Of a DNA stretch of 64,000 nt, positions 1-12,281 are shown piece by piece. How positions within the stretch are numbered: position 1 is the first letter of the stretch; each line of letters starts with the position of its first letter. Below the pieces are notes generated by a model, which was not told the origin of the DNA, ran no database searches, and saw nothing but the letters and a program-made list of their open reading frames with translations. The translations under genes and the position numbers were made by a program. This stretch comes from Candidatus Dormibacteria bacterium (lineage in GTDB: Bacteria; Chloroflexota; Dormibacteria; Aeolococcales; Aeolococcaceae): positions 1,234 through 65,233 of the forward strand of contig JBPCLW010000029.1 in the NCBI GenBank assembly GCA_051002895.1, written 5' to 3'.

Positions 1-1342
<1,342 letters not shown>

Positions 1343-1396
1343 TGCCGTACTGCCAGAACGATCCGATGGCGGCGCGGCTCGGGTACGCTGCGCGCC

Positions 1397-3049
1397 ATGG
1401 CTGACGCTAATAAGCGCCCGGCTCCGCGCGGCCGGGGCACTGATGGCGCACCGCTGGCTCCTCCAGCAGCAGCCGGAGGCAATGGCCAAGCCGCGGGGAG
1501 CAGCGAGACGGAGCGGCAGATCAATGTCCTTCGCAAGCGCCGCTACGACGCCGTCCACCGGGGCGGCGCCGCTGAGCACTCGCAGCATGCCAAGGGCAAG
1601 CTCACCGCCCGCGAGCGCTTGCAGCGGCTCCTCGACCCGGGCTCCTTCAGGGAGATGGACCTCTTTGCCGTCCATCGAACCACGGGGTTTGGGATGGAGG
1701 AGAAGCGGGTGCGCGGCGACGGCGTTGTTACCGGCTGGGGCACGATCGACGCCCGCCAGGTTTTCGTCTTCAGCCACGACGCGTCGGTGTTTGGCGGCTC
1801 CCTCGGCGAGGTCTTCGCCGAGAAGGTCTGCAAGATCATGGATCTCGCTACCAGCACCGGCTGCCCTTGCATCGGCATCAACGACAGCGGGGGCGCGCGC
1901 ATCCAGGAGGGCGTCGTCTCCCTCGCCGGATATGCGGCGATCTTTGCCCGTAACGTCGAATCCAGTGGCGTGATCCCGCAGATCTCGCTCGTCGTCGGTC
2001 CCTGCACCGGCGGTGCCGTGTACTCCCCGGCGATGACGGATTTCGTGGTCATGGTGCGCAAGGTGGGCTACATGTTCATCACCGGGCCCGATGTCATCAA
2101 GGTGACCACGGGGGAGAAGGTGACATTCGAGGATCTCGGCGGAGCTGACGTGCATAGTCAGAAGAGCGGGGTGGCGCACTTCAGCGCGGATTCAGAGGAC
2201 GAGGCCTTCGCGCAGATCCGCCATCTACTTGCCTTCTTGCCCTCGAACAACCGCGAGACGCCGCCACACAAGCCCACCCTCGACGATCCCCTTCGAGCTG
2301 ATCCCGAACTGCAGACGATCATTCCCGGCAATGCCAACCAGCCCTATGACATGGGTGAGGTGGTGACGCGCATCGTTGACGATGGTGACTTTCTCGAGGT
2401 CATGCCGCTGCATGCCCAAAATATTCTCTGCGGGTTTGGGCGGCTCGATGGACGCACCGTGGGCATTGTCGGCAACCAGCCCCGTTTTCTTGCCGGTGCG
2501 CTCGACATCGACGCCAGCGTGAAGGCGGCACGCTTCGTGCGCTCTTGCGACGCATTCAATATTCCGCTGATCACCTTCGTCGACGTTCCCGGTTTCCTGC
2601 CTGGAACCGACCAAGAGTACGGCGGCATCATCCGCCATGGCGCCAAGTTGCTCTACGCGTACTGCGAGGCCACCGTGCCCAAGCTCACCGTCATCACTCG
2701 CAAGGCCTACGGCGGCGCCTACGACGTCATGTGCAGCAAGCACATTCGCGCCGACTTCAACGTTGCCTGGCCGAGTGCTGAGATTGCTGTCATGGGCCCT
2801 CAGGGAGCGGTCAACGTCATATTCAAGCGAGAGATCGCCGCCGCGGAGAACCCCACAAAGCGCTCGGCGGAGCTCATTGCGTCGTATCGGGACCAGTTCG
2901 CCAATCCCTACTACGCGGCCGAGCGCGGCTACGTGGACGACGTCATCGAACCGAAGCAGACCAGGGCCGTGCTCATCGGTGCTCTGGCGATGTGCGCTCG
3001 CAAACAGGTGACCCGCCCGCCGCGCAAGCACGGCAACATTCCGCTGTAG
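1397..3049 (+). CDS. pccB: Acyl-CoA carboxylase carboxyltransferase (beta) subunit, propionyl-CoA carboxylase-like
   Basis: 550 aa with full carboxyltransferase N and C subdomains (GKLTARERL..., [31 protein letters not shown]). Sits immediately downstream of the mutase subunit. Confidence 0.85.
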   Translation: MADANKRPAPRGRGTDGAPLAPPAAAGGNGQAAGSSETERQINVLRKRRYDAVHRGGAAEHSQHAKGKLTARERLQRLLDPGSFREMDLFAVHRTTGFGMEEKRVRGDGVVTGWGTIDARQVFVFSHDASVFGGSLGEVFAEKVCKIMDLATSTGCPCIGINDSGGARIQEGVVSLAGYAAIFARNVESSGVIPQISLVVGPCTGGAVYSPAMTDFVVMVRKVGYMFITGPDVIKVTTGEKVTFEDLGGADVHSQKSGVAHFSADSEDEAFAQIRHLLAFLPSNNRETPPHKPTLDDPLRADPELQTIIPGNANQPYDMGEVVTRIVDDGDFLEVMPLHAQNILCGFGRLDGRTVGIVGNQPRFLAGALDIDASVKAARFVRSCDAFNIPLITFVDVPGFLPGTDQEYGGIIRHGAKLLYAYCEATVPKLTVITRKAYGGAYDVMCSKHIRADFNVAWPSAEIAVMGPQGAVNVIFKREIAAAENPTKRSAELIASYRDQFANPYYAAERGYVDDVIEPKQTRAVLIGALAMCARKQVTRPPRKHGNIPL

Positions 3050-3062
3050 CTCTCAGCGCCGC

Positions 3063-4196
3063 CTACGCTGGCGGCGGGGAGGTGCGACGTCCGCCCAGGT
3101 GCTGCTGTGACAGCCCCAGGGTGATGGCCAGCGGTGTCACTCGAAGGAGCGCGGCAAGGGCGAGGGTGGCGGCGGTCGTCACCCCGATGAGAACGAGATC
3201 CACGGCGGCAGAGGTGGGGAGCCCGGGAAGCAGGAAACCGTTGCTGAGCGGGCCCAAGACGGTGTCAAGGAGGGCGGGATGAAGGATGTAAATGGCCAGC
3301 GACCAGCCACTGATGATGATCGTCCCGCGCGCCAGCCGTGGGTGCGCTGGTAGCCAGCGCGTCCCCGCGCAGGCGAGAAGCACGATGACACTGACCACGA
3401 AAGGTGCCAGCAGAGGGTTGAGGAACCCCCCCGTGCCCTGGTCGAAGTCCGGGTGGGCAGCGAATGACCACCGCAGGGAGAGCAGCACCTCGCCGCTCAT
3501 CGCCGTCGCCACCGTCGCGCCGCCGATCCACGCGAGCGAGCGCGGCGGGGAGCGGAGCCAGCCGGCCATGGCGATGCCGAGAGCGAAGTAGCCGAGCCAG
3601 TATGGAAAGAGGAGGTAGCCGCGCCAGAGAGAGAGTTGGGCGAGTGGAGAGTCGAGGGAGAGGGGGACGAGCAACCGCTGGGCCCCGAGGGTGAGTTGCA
3701 CCACGAGCGCGACGGTCGCCCAGAGCCAGAGGCGCCGACGCGGCCACACCGCGAAAGCCACATACAGCTGAGGGATGACGAGGAGGAACCAGAGATGGCC
3801 CGCACCGTTCGCCCACCAGGCAGCGTAACCACGGCTCTGCGCAATGTCCGAGGTGAGTGTCGAGCCGATGACACAGAACACCACTGACCAGACGATCCAG
3901 GGCAGCAGGCTGCGGAGCAGGCGGCGGCGAAGGAATGCCGATCCCCGTGGCTTCACCGCGTAGCCGTGCTGGAGGAGCGCGCCGCTGATCACCACGAAGG
4001 CTGGCACGGCGAAGCGGCTGACCCGGTCGGCCCCATCCCAGAACGAGGCATCCGGTTGGATCAGAGCCCATGTATTTCCGACGAGACGTCCCGTGGGAGG
4101 CCAGTGGACCCCATGGATGGCAACGACGCCGAGGGCGGCGACGGCTCGAACGGCGTCAGCACCGAGCAGGCGACTGGGCGAGGATGTCGTTGCCAT
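3063..4196 (-). CDS. Acyltransferase family 3 (OatA-like) integral membrane protein
   Basis: Polytopic hydrophobic C-terminal 378 aa (AVAALGVVAIHGVHW..., FAVPAFVVISGALL) typical of acyltransferase_3. The upstream 177 codons of ORF 3063..4727 are Arg/Pro-rich GC-artefact sequence. Start placed at the internal ATG (MATTSSPSRLL) at 4196; the exact start is uncertain. Confidence 0.55.
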   Translation of the reverse strand: MATTSSPSRLLGADAVRAVAALGVVAIHGVHWPPTGRLVGNTWALIQPDASFWDGADRVSRFAVPAFVVISGALLQHGYAVKPRGSAFLRRRLLRSLLPWIVWSVVFCVIGSTLTSDIAQSRGYAAWWANGAGHLWFLLVIPQLYVAFAVWPRRRLWLWATVALVVQLTLGAQRLLVPLSLDSPLAQLSLWRGYLLFPYWLGYFALGIAMAGWLRSPPRSLAWIGGATVATAMSGEVLLSLRWSFAAHPDFDQGTGGFLNPLLAPFVVSVIVLLACAGTRWLPAHPRLARGTIIISGWSLAIYILHPALLDTVLGPLSNGFLLPGLPTSAAVDLVLIGVTTAATLALAALLRVTPLAITLGLSQQHLGGRRTSPPPA

Positions 4197-4258
4197 GATG
4201 GTCAACCCTATCGGTCCACGGCCGGACCCGTCCCGTTCGCCGAGAGTGGGTGCCGACC

Positions 4259-5485
4259 CTACCGGGGTTCGGAGCGCCGACCGCCTCCCGTGGGCGCGTG
4301 GTCGAGGAGTGCCGGGGACACCGGGCGGTAGGCGGCGGCATAGGCGGTGTCGGTCCGGCCCTCGGCGTTGTGGATGAGCGGCACCAGGACGCGCAACACA
4401 ATGACCTGCAGAGCCGAGGCCACCGGCACGGCGAGCAGGGCGCCGACCATGCCGGCAACGGCGCCGCCGATGAGGAGGCCAAGGATGACAGCGAGGGCAG
4501 GGAGCGCGACCACCGCGTTCATGACCCGGGGGATGACGATGTTGGCGTCGGCAAGCTGGACGAGGAGGAGGATGACGAGGACGACGAGCGGATAGGTTGG
4601 ACCGATGGTGAATCCGAGCAGCACTGGGGGCACGACGCCAAGGAAGGGGCCGACGAGCGGGACCGCCGCGGTGACTCCGGCAAAGACACCGAGCAGGATG
4701 GGACTGGGAAGTCCCAGCAGGGCACAAGCGATTCCCGTGACAACACCGACGGCAACCATGTTGATCGCCACCGCGCGCAGGTATCCACCCATGCGGTAGC
4801 CCACCTCGTGGATGATGCTGCTCGCCAGGGATTGCAGGCGCAGCGGAAAGAGGTCGACAAAGAACGGCTTCAGCCGTGCGCTCGTCGTCAGCCAGAGAAA
4901 GCCCAGCACGAGAACGAGGATGAGGTTGATGAGGATGCTAACGATGTATCCGCTGATGGTGAGCAGGACCCCGCTCGACTGCGAAACGAAATTGGTGATG
5001 TAGTTCTGTACGGTGTCGTTGGTGATATTGAATCGCTTCTCGTTCTGAGTGATGACGTCCTTCACCTGGTCCTGGTGGTCTTGCAGGTTCTTTGCCAGGC
5101 TCGTCGCCTGCTCCACCAGCGGTTGCACGAGAATCGCCACGGTGAAGGAGAGGACGGCGAGAAGTCCGACATAGACGATCACGATGGAGAGCAACTGGTG
5201 AATGCCGCGGCGGCGCAGCAGCTCGACCATCGGCCGGATACCCTCGGCAAAGACGATGGCGATGAGAAAGAGCAGCACCAGGCTGAAGATCTGGGCGAGG
5301 ACCGCGATGGTGCCAAGCAGGGCCAGGACGATGACCGCGGCGACCACGAGGGTCCGCACGCTGACCGGCTGACGCCCGTGTTCCTCCGGCGTCTCCGGGA
5401 CGCCCTGCCGTCGCTGCGCAGGGCTCGGAGTGTGATCAGGCCTGGGAGCCGGGCCGCTCTCCTCCGGCGTGGTGTCCTTCGCCAT
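4259..5485 (-). CDS. AI-2E family transporter (PerM/UPF0118)
   Basis: 408 aa with multiple TM segments and the glycine-rich C-terminal half typical of AI-2E/UPF0118 proteins, plus an N-terminal cytoplasmic Pro/Glu-rich tail. Confidence 0.7.
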   Translation of the reverse strand: MAKDTTPEESGPAPRPDHTPSPAQRRQGVPETPEEHGRQPVSVRTLVVAAVIVLALLGTIAVLAQIFSLVLLFLIAIVFAEGIRPMVELLRRRGIHQLLSIVIVYVGLLAVLSFTVAILVQPLVEQATSLAKNLQDHQDQVKDVITQNEKRFNITNDTVQNYITNFVSQSSGVLLTISGYIVSILINLILVLVLGFLWLTTSARLKPFFVDLFPLRLQSLASSIIHEVGYRMGGYLRAVAINMVAVGVVTGIACALLGLPSPILLGVFAGVTAAVPLVGPFLGVVPPVLLGFTIGPTYPLVVLVILLLVQLADANIVIPRVMNAVVALPALAVILGLLIGGAVAGMVGALLAVPVASALQVIVLRVLVPLIHNAEGRTDTAYAAAYRPVSPALLDHAPTGGGRRSEPR

Positions 5486-5507
5486 GGAGGCCGAGGGTAT
5501 CAGGGGG

Positions 5508-6191
5508 TCAGGGTGCCGCTGGCGCGGTCAGGTTGGTCAGGCGGATGCCCACCGAGCGCTTGATGTGGCGGTTGACGGTGAGCAGGATGACGGTGAGGTG
5601 CTCACAGTGGGCGGAGTTGGCGAGCCGTCCGGCATCGATGGCGCGGAGCCCGGCGATGCTCTCGATGAGCCTGATGACGGTTGCCTTGGCGTCGCCGTCA
5701 TCGCCGGTGACGAGGACATCCTCGTCGAGGTGGCGCTGAAGCCTGGCGAGATGGACGTTGCTCACCGTGTGCAGGGCCCCGACGACCCGACTCCCGGGCA
5801 GCAGCGATGCCACCTGCTCAGAGGCGGAACCCTCCTCGACCGCAATGGCGACCGGACCGAGATGGGGGTCAAAGCTGACGGGGATGGCTGTGCTCACCAC
5901 GATGCGGCCCCGCAGTGCCGGCTCGAGTTCGCGGAGCACCGCGGCCTGTGCCTCGAAGGGGACGGTGACGACGGCCATGCCGCAACGGGTCACCGCCGTG
6001 GCATTGTCGACACCGCTGATGGGGGCGCCACCGCCATGCTCGGCGAGGCGTCCGGTGAGTTCTACCGCGGTGGTTGCGGCTCGGTCGGCGTCACGGGAGC
6101 CGATGACGACAGCGGTGCCTGCCAGGCTGAGGCGCTGGGCCAAAGCCGGACCAGATCGGCCGGTTCCGCCGATGAGAGCCACCGCAGACAT
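5508..6191 (-). CDS. npdG: NADPH-dependent F420 reductase (Fno/NpdG family)
   Basis: 227 aa. N-terminal Rossmann motif ALIGGTGRSGPALAQRL and overall similarity to F420-dependent NADP oxidoreductases. Confidence 0.7.
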   Translation of the reverse strand: MSAVALIGGTGRSGPALAQRLSLAGTAVVIGSRDADRAATTAVELTGRLAEHGGGAPISGVDNATAVTRCGMAVVTVPFEAQAAVLRELEPALRGRIVVSTAIPVSFDPHLGPVAIAVEEGSASEQVASLLPGSRVVGALHTVSNVHLARLQRHLDEDVLVTGDDGDAKATVIRLIESIAGLRAIDAGRLANSAHCEHLTVILLTVNRHIKRSVGIRLTNLTAPAAP

Positions 6192-6232
6192 GGCTCGCCA
6201 GTCTACGCAAGCGCGTCGGGATGCCCGAGGAA

Positions 6233-6445
6233 TCAGGCCGCGTGACGGCGGGTGTCGATGGTGTCAAGGGCCAGCTCCAGCCGCATGACCGCCTCGGCGC
6301 GGCGGACCGCGTCGGTGAGGTCGGACGCGAAGCGGCGGTGGCGGAGGTAGCGCTCGACGTTGTCGTCCTCGTCGTGGTTGGCCTGAGTGAGGGTGGGGCG
6401 GGCGGTGGTGTCCATGAGCTCAGTCTTCCCACGTCGAACGGACAC
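6233..6445 (-). CDS. Small hypothetical protein (70 aa), upstream of and co-directional with npdG
   Basis: ORF only, no recognisable domain. Lies in the otherwise non-coding gap between npdG and the divergent sucC. Confidence 0.2.
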   Translation of the reverse strand: MSVRRGKTELMDTTARPTLTQANHDEDDNVERYLRHRRFASDLTDAVRRAEAVMRLELALDTIDTRRHAA

Positions 6446-6524
6446 GTTGCGGACATTCGCCGCTCACGAACGGACAACGGCCGGACAGTGGCCGCAAGGG
6501 GTCGGCGGGATAGACTGCGCGGCC

Positions 6525-7712
6525 GTGAAACTCCTCGAGTACCAGGCCAAGCAACTGTTCCAGCGCTCCGGTATCGCCATTCCCAGCGGGAAGGTGGCCC
6601 GCACTCCTGAGGAGGCTGCCGCGGCTGCCCGAGAGTTGGGCCGGGTGGCGGTCAAGGCCCAGGTCCCCATCGGTGGCCGGGGCAAGGCCGGTGGCATCGC
6701 CGTGGTCGACACTCCTGAGGATGCGCGACGCGAGGCCGACCGCATCCTCGCCATGGAGATCAAGGGCTACCCGGTGCGCTCGGTCTGGTGTGAGACAGGC
6801 CTGGAGATTGCCCAGGAGTTCTATCTCGGCATCACCCTGGACCGGGAGCGCCGCCGGCTCGCCGTCATTCTCAGCGCCGCCGGTGGTATGGAAATCGAGC
6901 AGGTCGCCGACGATGCTCCCGAGAAGATCGTCAAGCTCTGGCCGGACCCGTTTATGGGGCCGCGGCCCTTCGAGATTCGCCAGGTTGCCTTTGCTGCACT
7001 GGCCCATGCACCGCAACTGGCCGCGCAGCGCGGCAAGCTCGCCACCGCGCTGGTGCCGCTGACGCTGGCGCTCTACGACCTCGCCGTCAACCTCGACGCA
7101 GTGACCTGTGAGATCAATCCGCTCGTCCTCACCCACGATGGCGCGCTCATCGCCGGGGATGGCAAGCTGGAGATCGACGAGAACGCCGAGTATCGCCACT
7201 GTGAACTCGCCGCTGAGCTCGAGAAGGACATGTCCGGTGACGACGGGCGTACTGGGGAGGATCCCTTCGAGGCCGAGGCCAAGCGGCGCGGACTGACCTA
7301 CGTCCATCTTCCGGGAGGTACCGTCGGTTGCATCGCCAACGGCGCCGGCCTGGCCATGAACACGCTCGATCTGGTGAAACAGATGGGCGGTGAGCCCAAC
7401 AACTTCCTCGACATCGGCGGCGGCGCCAACGCCGAGAAGGTGCGGGCCTCTCTGGAGATGATCCTCACTGATCCCGATGTCACCGGCATCTTCATCAACA
7501 TCTTTGGCGGCATTACTCGTGGTGACGAAGTCGCACGGGGCATCGTGCAGGCGCGCGACGAGTTGGGAATGACGGTGCCGCTGGTGGTGCGCATGACCGG
7601 CACCAACGAGGAAGAAGGGCGGAGCATCCTCACCGCCAATGGGATCACCCCGGGCACAAGCGCCATCGACGCCGCGCGCAAGATCGTCGAATTGGCCCGA
7701 GGCGCCAGGTAA
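6525..7712 (+). CDS. sucC: Succinyl-CoA synthetase beta subunit
   Basis: Translation from GTG at 6525 begins [12 protein letters not shown], the canonical SucC N-terminus. ATP-grasp and CoA-ligase domains are present. The upstream 46 codons of ORF 6387 are non-homologous. Stop overlaps the sucD start (TAATGG). Confidence 0.9.
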   Translation: MKLLEYQAKQLFQRSGIAIPSGKVARTPEEAAAAARELGRVAVKAQVPIGGRGKAGGIAVVDTPEDARREADRILAMEIKGYPVRSVWCETGLEIAQEFYLGITLDRERRRLAVILSAAGGMEIEQVADDAPEKIVKLWPDPFMGPRPFEIRQVAFAALAHAPQLAAQRGKLATALVPLTLALYDLAVNLDAVTCEINPLVLTHDGALIAGDGKLEIDENAEYRHCELAAELEKDMSGDDGRTGEDPFEAEAKRRGLTYVHLPGGTVGCIANGAGLAMNTLDLVKQMGGEPNNFLDIGGGANAEKVRASLEMILTDPDVTGIFINIFGGITRGDEVARGIVQARDELGMTVPLVVRMTGTNEEEGRSILTANGITPGTSAIDAARKIVELARGAR

Positions 7713-8599
7713 TGGCCGTTCTTGTCTCGAAGTCGACAAAAGTCATCGTTCAGGGCATCACCGGCCGGGAGGGGAGGTTCCACACCCAGCAGATGCAGGC
7801 GTATGGCACCCAGGTCTTGGGGGGAGTGGTGCCCGGCAAGGGCGGTGGTGAGGCTCTCGGTGTCCCCATCTTTGACACCGTGGCTGATGCCGCGGCTGCA
7901 ACGGGAGCAGACGCCAGCTTCATCATCGTGCCGCCTCCGTTCGCTGGGGACGCGATCATGGAGGCGGCGGCCGCCGGGGTTCCGCTGGTCGTGGCGGTGA
8001 CCGAGGGCATTCCCATCCAGGACATGATCCGAGCCAAGGCGGCAGCGGATGCCACCGCCACCCAACTCATCGGGCCCAACTGCCCAGGACTTCTCACTCC
8101 TGGTGAATGCAAGATCGGCTTCATTCCCAATCACGTGGGGCGGTCTGGGCCGGTGGGGATCGTGGCTCGTAGCGGCACTCTCACCTACGAGGTCATTCAG
8201 GGTTTGTCGCAGGCCGGCCTGGGGCAGACGACCGCCGTCGGGATCGGCGGTGACCCCATTCTTGGCAGCAGCTTCACCGACATCCTGCCGCTGTTTGCCG
8301 CCGACCCCGCGACCGAGGCCGTGGTCCTCGTTGGAGAGATCGGGGGCAGTGATGAGGAGAACGCTGCCGAATGGATTCAGCGGAGCGGTTTCGACAAGCC
8401 TGTCGTCGCCTTCATCAGCGGTCGTAGTGCCCCGCCGGGCAAGCGCATGGGCCATGCTGGGGCAATCATCAGCGGCAACAAGGGTTCGGCGCAGAGCAAG
8501 ATCGACGCTCTCTCAGCTGTCGGTTCCGCCATCGCCGACACCATCGAGGATGTCGTCCTTCTCACTGGTGGGAGATTGGGAGCGACCTCCGGGAGTTGA
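7712..8599 (+). CDS. sucD: Succinyl-CoA synthetase alpha subunit
   Basis: 295 aa with CoA-binding motif VQGITGREG and catalytic-His region GHAGAII. Translationally coupled to sucC. Confidence 0.9.
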   Translation: MAVLVSKSTKVIVQGITGREGRFHTQQMQAYGTQVLGGVVPGKGGGEALGVPIFDTVADAAAATGADASFIIVPPPFAGDAIMEAAAAGVPLVVAVTEGIPIQDMIRAKAAADATATQLIGPNCPGLLTPGECKIGFIPNHVGRSGPVGIVARSGTLTYEVIQGLSQAGLGQTTAVGIGGDPILGSSFTDILPLFAADPATEAVVLVGEIGGSDEENAAEWIQRSGFDKPVVAFISGRSAPPGKRMGHAGAIISGNKGSAQSKIDALSAVGSAIADTIEDVVLLTGGRLGATSGS

Positions 8600-8993
8600 C
8601 CTTGGCCGCGGACGAATCCCGTCCCTGCTGAGCGATGAGCCATGCGGCCCAGATGAGCGGAGCCTGCAGGGGTAGCCGCAGCCATACACCGAGAGCCGAG
8701 TTCAGCGGGAAGGGAGCGCCACGCACGCCACCGTCGAGGGCCATCTGCACGTTGGCGGGAAAGACGGCGACGAGCAGGGCAAGGGTGAGGAATCCGCCAG
8801 CCCGGCGAGTCCGAGGGACGGCCATCAGCGCCGCACAGAGCAACTCCGCGCCGCCGCTCAGAGCCACCAGTTCGTTCGGATGGCCGATGACCCGAGGAAC
8901 GATGCGCCGATAGCCCTCGGGGGCCACGAAGTGGAGCACACCAGAGCCGCCAATCAGCCCGATCATGGCGAAGAGACGGAGGTGGCGGAGCAT
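8562..8993 (-). CDS. DoxX-like family membrane protein
   Basis: 143 aa, four predicted TM helices, motif ...[40 protein letters not shown] typical of DoxX-like proteins. 3' end overlaps the sucD 3' end by 38 nt (convergent). Confidence 0.5.
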   Translation of the reverse strand: MLRHLRLFAMIGLIGGSGVLHFVAPEGYRRIVPRVIGHPNELVALSGGAELLCAALMAVPRTRRAGGFLTLALLVAVFPANVQMALDGGVRGAPFPLNSALGVWLRLPLQAPLIWAAWLIAQQGRDSSAAKVNSRRSLPISHQ

Positions 8994-9137
8994 CGCTGGA
9001 CTGTACCCGACGCCGTTGCTATCGAGGGGCGGTGACCTGTGAGATCAGCCGCCGGGTGCTGACGCTGGCCCGTGCGGTGGATACACCGGATCCGGGGCCG
9101 GAGCGCTGGCCGTCGGCGCCGGAGAACTGGTGGAGGA

Positions 9138-9779
9138 TCAGCGGACGCGCAGGGCCAGGAGCACGCCGTCGCGCAGAGGCAGGATCGTGCTCAAGAAGCG
9201 AGCGTCTGCAGCGACCAGCTGGTTGTGCTCGCGAATCGCTGCGGTGTCCTCATCAGTCGGGCCCGCTTCGGCGACCCGGCCGCTCCAGAGCACGTTGTCG
9301 CAGATGTAGAGGCCACCGATGCGGATGCGTTGTGAGGCATTCCGCCAGTGTTCCGGATAGCGCCGCTTGTCGGCGTCGAGAAGAATGATGTCGAAGGAGC
9401 CCTCCTCCTCGGCGAGGCTCTCGGACGCCTCACCGATCCGGTAGCGGACTCGCTCCGCCAGGCCGAGGCGGCGCATGAAGTCCATGCCGGCGTCGGCGAG
9501 TTCCTGTGATTGCTCAGTGCAGACCACCTTGCCGCCCTCACCGACCGCGCGGGCGAACCATGCTGCTGAGTAGCCGAAGCCACTCCCCAGTTCGATCACC
9601 CGGCGGGCGCCGATGGCCCGCGCCGCGATCTCCAGGACGCGGCCAACCTGGCGCCCGATGGCGGGGAAGGCATCGCGCTGCGCGCGCTCCTCCATCTCCA
9701 CGAGAACGGGATCGACCGGGGTCGCGGAGGCGTGTCGTTCCAGGTAGGCGTCGAGCCCGTCGATGAGAAGGTCGCGCAT
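9138..9779 (-). CDS. Class I SAM-dependent O-methyltransferase (family 3, caffeoyl-CoA OMT-like)
   Basis: 213 aa. SAM motif VIELGSGFGYSAAW, acidic D-A-D-K metal-binding region (ILLDADKRRY), and overall OMT family 3 architecture. Confidence 0.75.
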   Translation of the reverse strand: MRDLLIDGLDAYLERHASATPVDPVLVEMEERAQRDAFPAIGRQVGRVLEIAARAIGARRVIELGSGFGYSAAWFARAVGEGGKVVCTEQSQELADAGMDFMRRLGLAERVRYRIGEASESLAEEEGSFDIILLDADKRRYPEHWRNASQRIRIGGLYICDNVLWSGRVAEAGPTDEDTAAIREHNQLVAADARFLSTILPLRDGVLLALRVR

Positions 9780-9926
9780 GTTCTGTCCCCCTGGCGCAGG
9801 CTTGTCACTGACCGTTCAGGCCATGCCCGCCGCGCCAGCATCATGACGGGTGGCCGCCGCTGTGGGCGATGGAGGCCGATCCGCGATGAGCGCCAGCAGC
9901 AGCGGCCGCGGCGATAGGCTGCGGGC

Positions 9927-11093
9927 ATGGACTTCGATCTCAGCAGCGAGCAACGACAGATCCGCGACACCGTGCGCGACTTCGCTCAGGGGGTCATCGT
10001 CCCCCGGGCGGCCGGGTACGACGAGAGCGGGGACTTCCCCTATGACCTGGTGTCGGGGATGGCCCATCTCGGCCTTTTCGCCCTGCCCTTTCCCGAGGAA
10101 GTGGGCGGCGCCGGCGGTGACTTCGTCTCCTACGCGCTCGCTCTCGAGGAGATCGCTCGCGCCGATGCGGCCTGCGCCATCACCCTGGAGGCGGCGGTCT
10201 CGCTCGGCATCGCCCCCATCGTGGACTTCGGCACCCCCGAACAGCGTGAGCGCTGGCTGCCGCAACTGCTTGCCGGTGAGAGACTCTGGGCGTTCGGGCT
10301 CACCGAGCCGGAGGCGGGCAGTGATGCCGGCGGCACCCAGACCAGCGCCCGCCGGGACGGCGACGCTTGGATCATCAACGGGCGCAAGGTCTTTATCACC
10401 AATGCCGGAACCGACATATCCGCGGGCGTCACCGTCACCGCTGTCACAGCAACCGAGAGCGGGCACAAGAAGATCAGTGCCATCGCTGTGGAGAAGGGCA
10501 CCTCCGGATACACGCAGGCGGCGAAGTACCGCAAGCTCGGCTGGCATGCCTCGGACACCCGAGAACTGCTCTTCGATGATTGCCGGGTTCCCGCCGCCAA
10601 TCTGGTGGGCGGGGAGGGTGCTGGTTTGCGACAGTTTCTGCAGATACTCGAGGGCGGGCGGGTCGCCATTGCTGCCCTCAGTGTGGGCGTCGCCCAAGCG
10701 TGCCTCGATCACTCCCTGCGATTCAGTGCCGAGCGCCGCCAGTTCGGCCGACCCATCTCCCACTTCCAGGCCACCCAGTTCAAGCTCGCGGACATGGCGA
10801 CGCAGATCGAGATGGCCCGGCTCATGACTCACAAGGCGGCGTCGATGATCGATCACGGCAGTGCTCCCAGAATGTACGCGTCGATGGCCAAGCTGCACGC
10901 CTCGGAGGTGGCCACCGCCTGTGCCAATCAAGCTGTGCAGATCCACGGCGGGTACGGCTTCATGGAGGAGTCGCCGGTCGCCCGCTTCTATCGTGACGTC
11001 AAGGTCAATGAGATCGGTGAGGGCACGAGCGAGGTACAGCGCATGCTCATCGCTCGGGCGCTGCTGGGGCCTTTCCAGGTCCTCGAGGAATAG
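9927..11093 (+). CDS. Acyl-CoA dehydrogenase
   Basis: 388 aa. All three ACAD domains are present, with C-terminal signature YRDVKVNEIGEGTSEVQRMLIAR. Confidence 0.9.
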   Translation: MDFDLSSEQRQIRDTVRDFAQGVIVPRAAGYDESGDFPYDLVSGMAHLGLFALPFPEEVGGAGGDFVSYALALEEIARADAACAITLEAAVSLGIAPIVDFGTPEQRERWLPQLLAGERLWAFGLTEPEAGSDAGGTQTSARRDGDAWIINGRKVFITNAGTDISAGVTVTAVTATESGHKKISAIAVEKGTSGYTQAAKYRKLGWHASDTRELLFDDCRVPAANLVGGEGAGLRQFLQILEGGRVAIAALSVGVAQACLDHSLRFSAERRQFGRPISHFQATQFKLADMATQIEMARLMTHKAASMIDHGSAPRMYASMAKLHASEVATACANQAVQIHGGYGFMEESPVARFYRDVKVNEIGEGTSEVQRMLIARALLGPFQVLEE

Positions 11094-11102
11094 GATCCAA
11101 CC

Positions 11103-12281
11103 ATGGCCGATGACGTCGTCATGGTGGCCGCCGCCCGCACCCCCTTTGGCAAGCTCGGCGGCGGACTCAGTCAGGTCAGCGCCGTTGACCTGGGGGCCAC
11201 GGTGATTCGCGAGGTCCTCACCCGCACCGGCACGGCAGCCGGCGATGTCGGGCATCTCATCATGGGGACGGTGCTCGCCGCCGGGCAGGGCCAGGTGCCG
11301 TCGCGGCAGGCGGGACTCCGGGCCGGTCTGCCGGCGGAGATTCCAAGTTTCACCGTGAACAAGGTCTGCGCCTCGGCGCTGAAGGCGGTCAACCTCGGCG
11401 CCCTTCTGATCCGCGCCGGCGAGACCGACGTCGTCGTTGCCGGCGGGATGGAGTCGATGTCGCGCGCTCCCTACCTGCTCCACGATCAGCGTTTCGGAGC
11501 GCGACTCGGGGACCGCACCGCCGTCGACAGCATTCTTCGAGACGGGCTCTGTTGTCCCGTCGACGGCCTCCAGATGGGCGTTCACGGCGACGAGGTTGCC
11601 CGCGAGCTGGGCGTCAGCCGCAAGGAGCAGGACTCCTGGGCTCTGCGATCCCAGGAGCGCTACGCGGCGGCGCTCGCCAATGGATTCTTCGCCGAAGAGC
11701 TCATCACCGTCACCACCCCCCGCGGCGATGTCTCCGCAGACGAGCAGCCGCGTGCCGGCAGCACCGCGGTGGGGCTGGCTGGGCTCCCGCCAGTTTTTGC
11801 CGATGATGGCACGATCACGGTGGGCAACGCACCGGGGATCAACGATGGAGCCACCGCGATCCTGATCATGTCCGGGGAGCGGGCGCGATCTGCGGGGCTG
11901 ACCCCGCTGGGCAGGTGGGTGACGAGTGCCGACTCCGCTGCCGACCATCGCTGGCTGGCCACGGTGCCGGCGATAGCCGTCCAACGAGCCCTGCAACGCA
12001 GCGGCGGTGAGGTCAGCGTCGACCGCCTCAGCCGCGTGGAGATCAACGAGGCTTTCGCCGCTGTGGCGATCACCAGCACGCGCATGCTCGAGGTCGATCC
12101 CCAACGCGTCAATGTCAACGGTGGCGCCGTCGCCATTGGCCATCCCATTGGCGCCAGCGGGGCCCGCATCCTCATGACCCTGCTCTACGAATTGCGCCGT
12201 GCCGGCGGAGGCTACGGCGCCGCGGGAATCTGCAGCGGCCTCGCCCAGGGCGAGGCGACGCTCGTCCACGTTGAGCCGTGA
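11103..12281 (+). CDS. Acetyl-CoA C-acyltransferase (thiolase)
   Basis: 392 aa. Thiolase motifs VNKVCASAL (active Cys), NEAFAAV, and C-terminal [11 protein letters not shown]...GICSGLAQG. Confidence 0.9.
   Translation: MADDVVMVAAARTPFGKLGGGLSQVSAVDLGATVIREVLTRTGTAAGDVGHLIMGTVLAAGQGQVPSRQAGLRAGLPAEIPSFTVNKVCASALKAVNLGALLIRAGETDVVVAGGMESMSRAPYLLHDQRFGARLGDRTAVDSILRDGLCCPVDGLQMGVHGDEVARELGVSRKEQDSWALRSQERYAAALANGFFAEELITVTTPRGDVSADEQPRAGSTAVGLAGLPPVFADDGTITVGNAPGINDGATAILIMSGERARSAGLTPLGRWVTSADSAADHRWLATVPAIAVQRALQRSGGEVSVDRLSRVEINEAFAAVAITSTRMLEVDPQRVNVNGGAVAIGHPIGASGARILMTLLYELRRAGGGYGAAGICSGLAQGEATLVHVEP

Noticed and set aside
4250-5563. 437-aa +strand ORF with Asp/Glu/His-rich low-complexity translation
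   Set aside because: Antisense to the AI-2E transporter gene. Its composition is the mirror of the hydrophobic transporter codons. Not credible.
6420-7739. 439-aa minus-strand ORF
   Set aside because: Antisense to sucC. No domain.
9816-12269. 817-aa ORF on the minus strand
   Set aside because: It is exactly antisense to a well-supported acyl-CoA dehydrogenase and thiolase. Its composition is low-complexity Ala/Gly/Arg-rich and no domain is present. It is a typical GC-rich shadow ORF.
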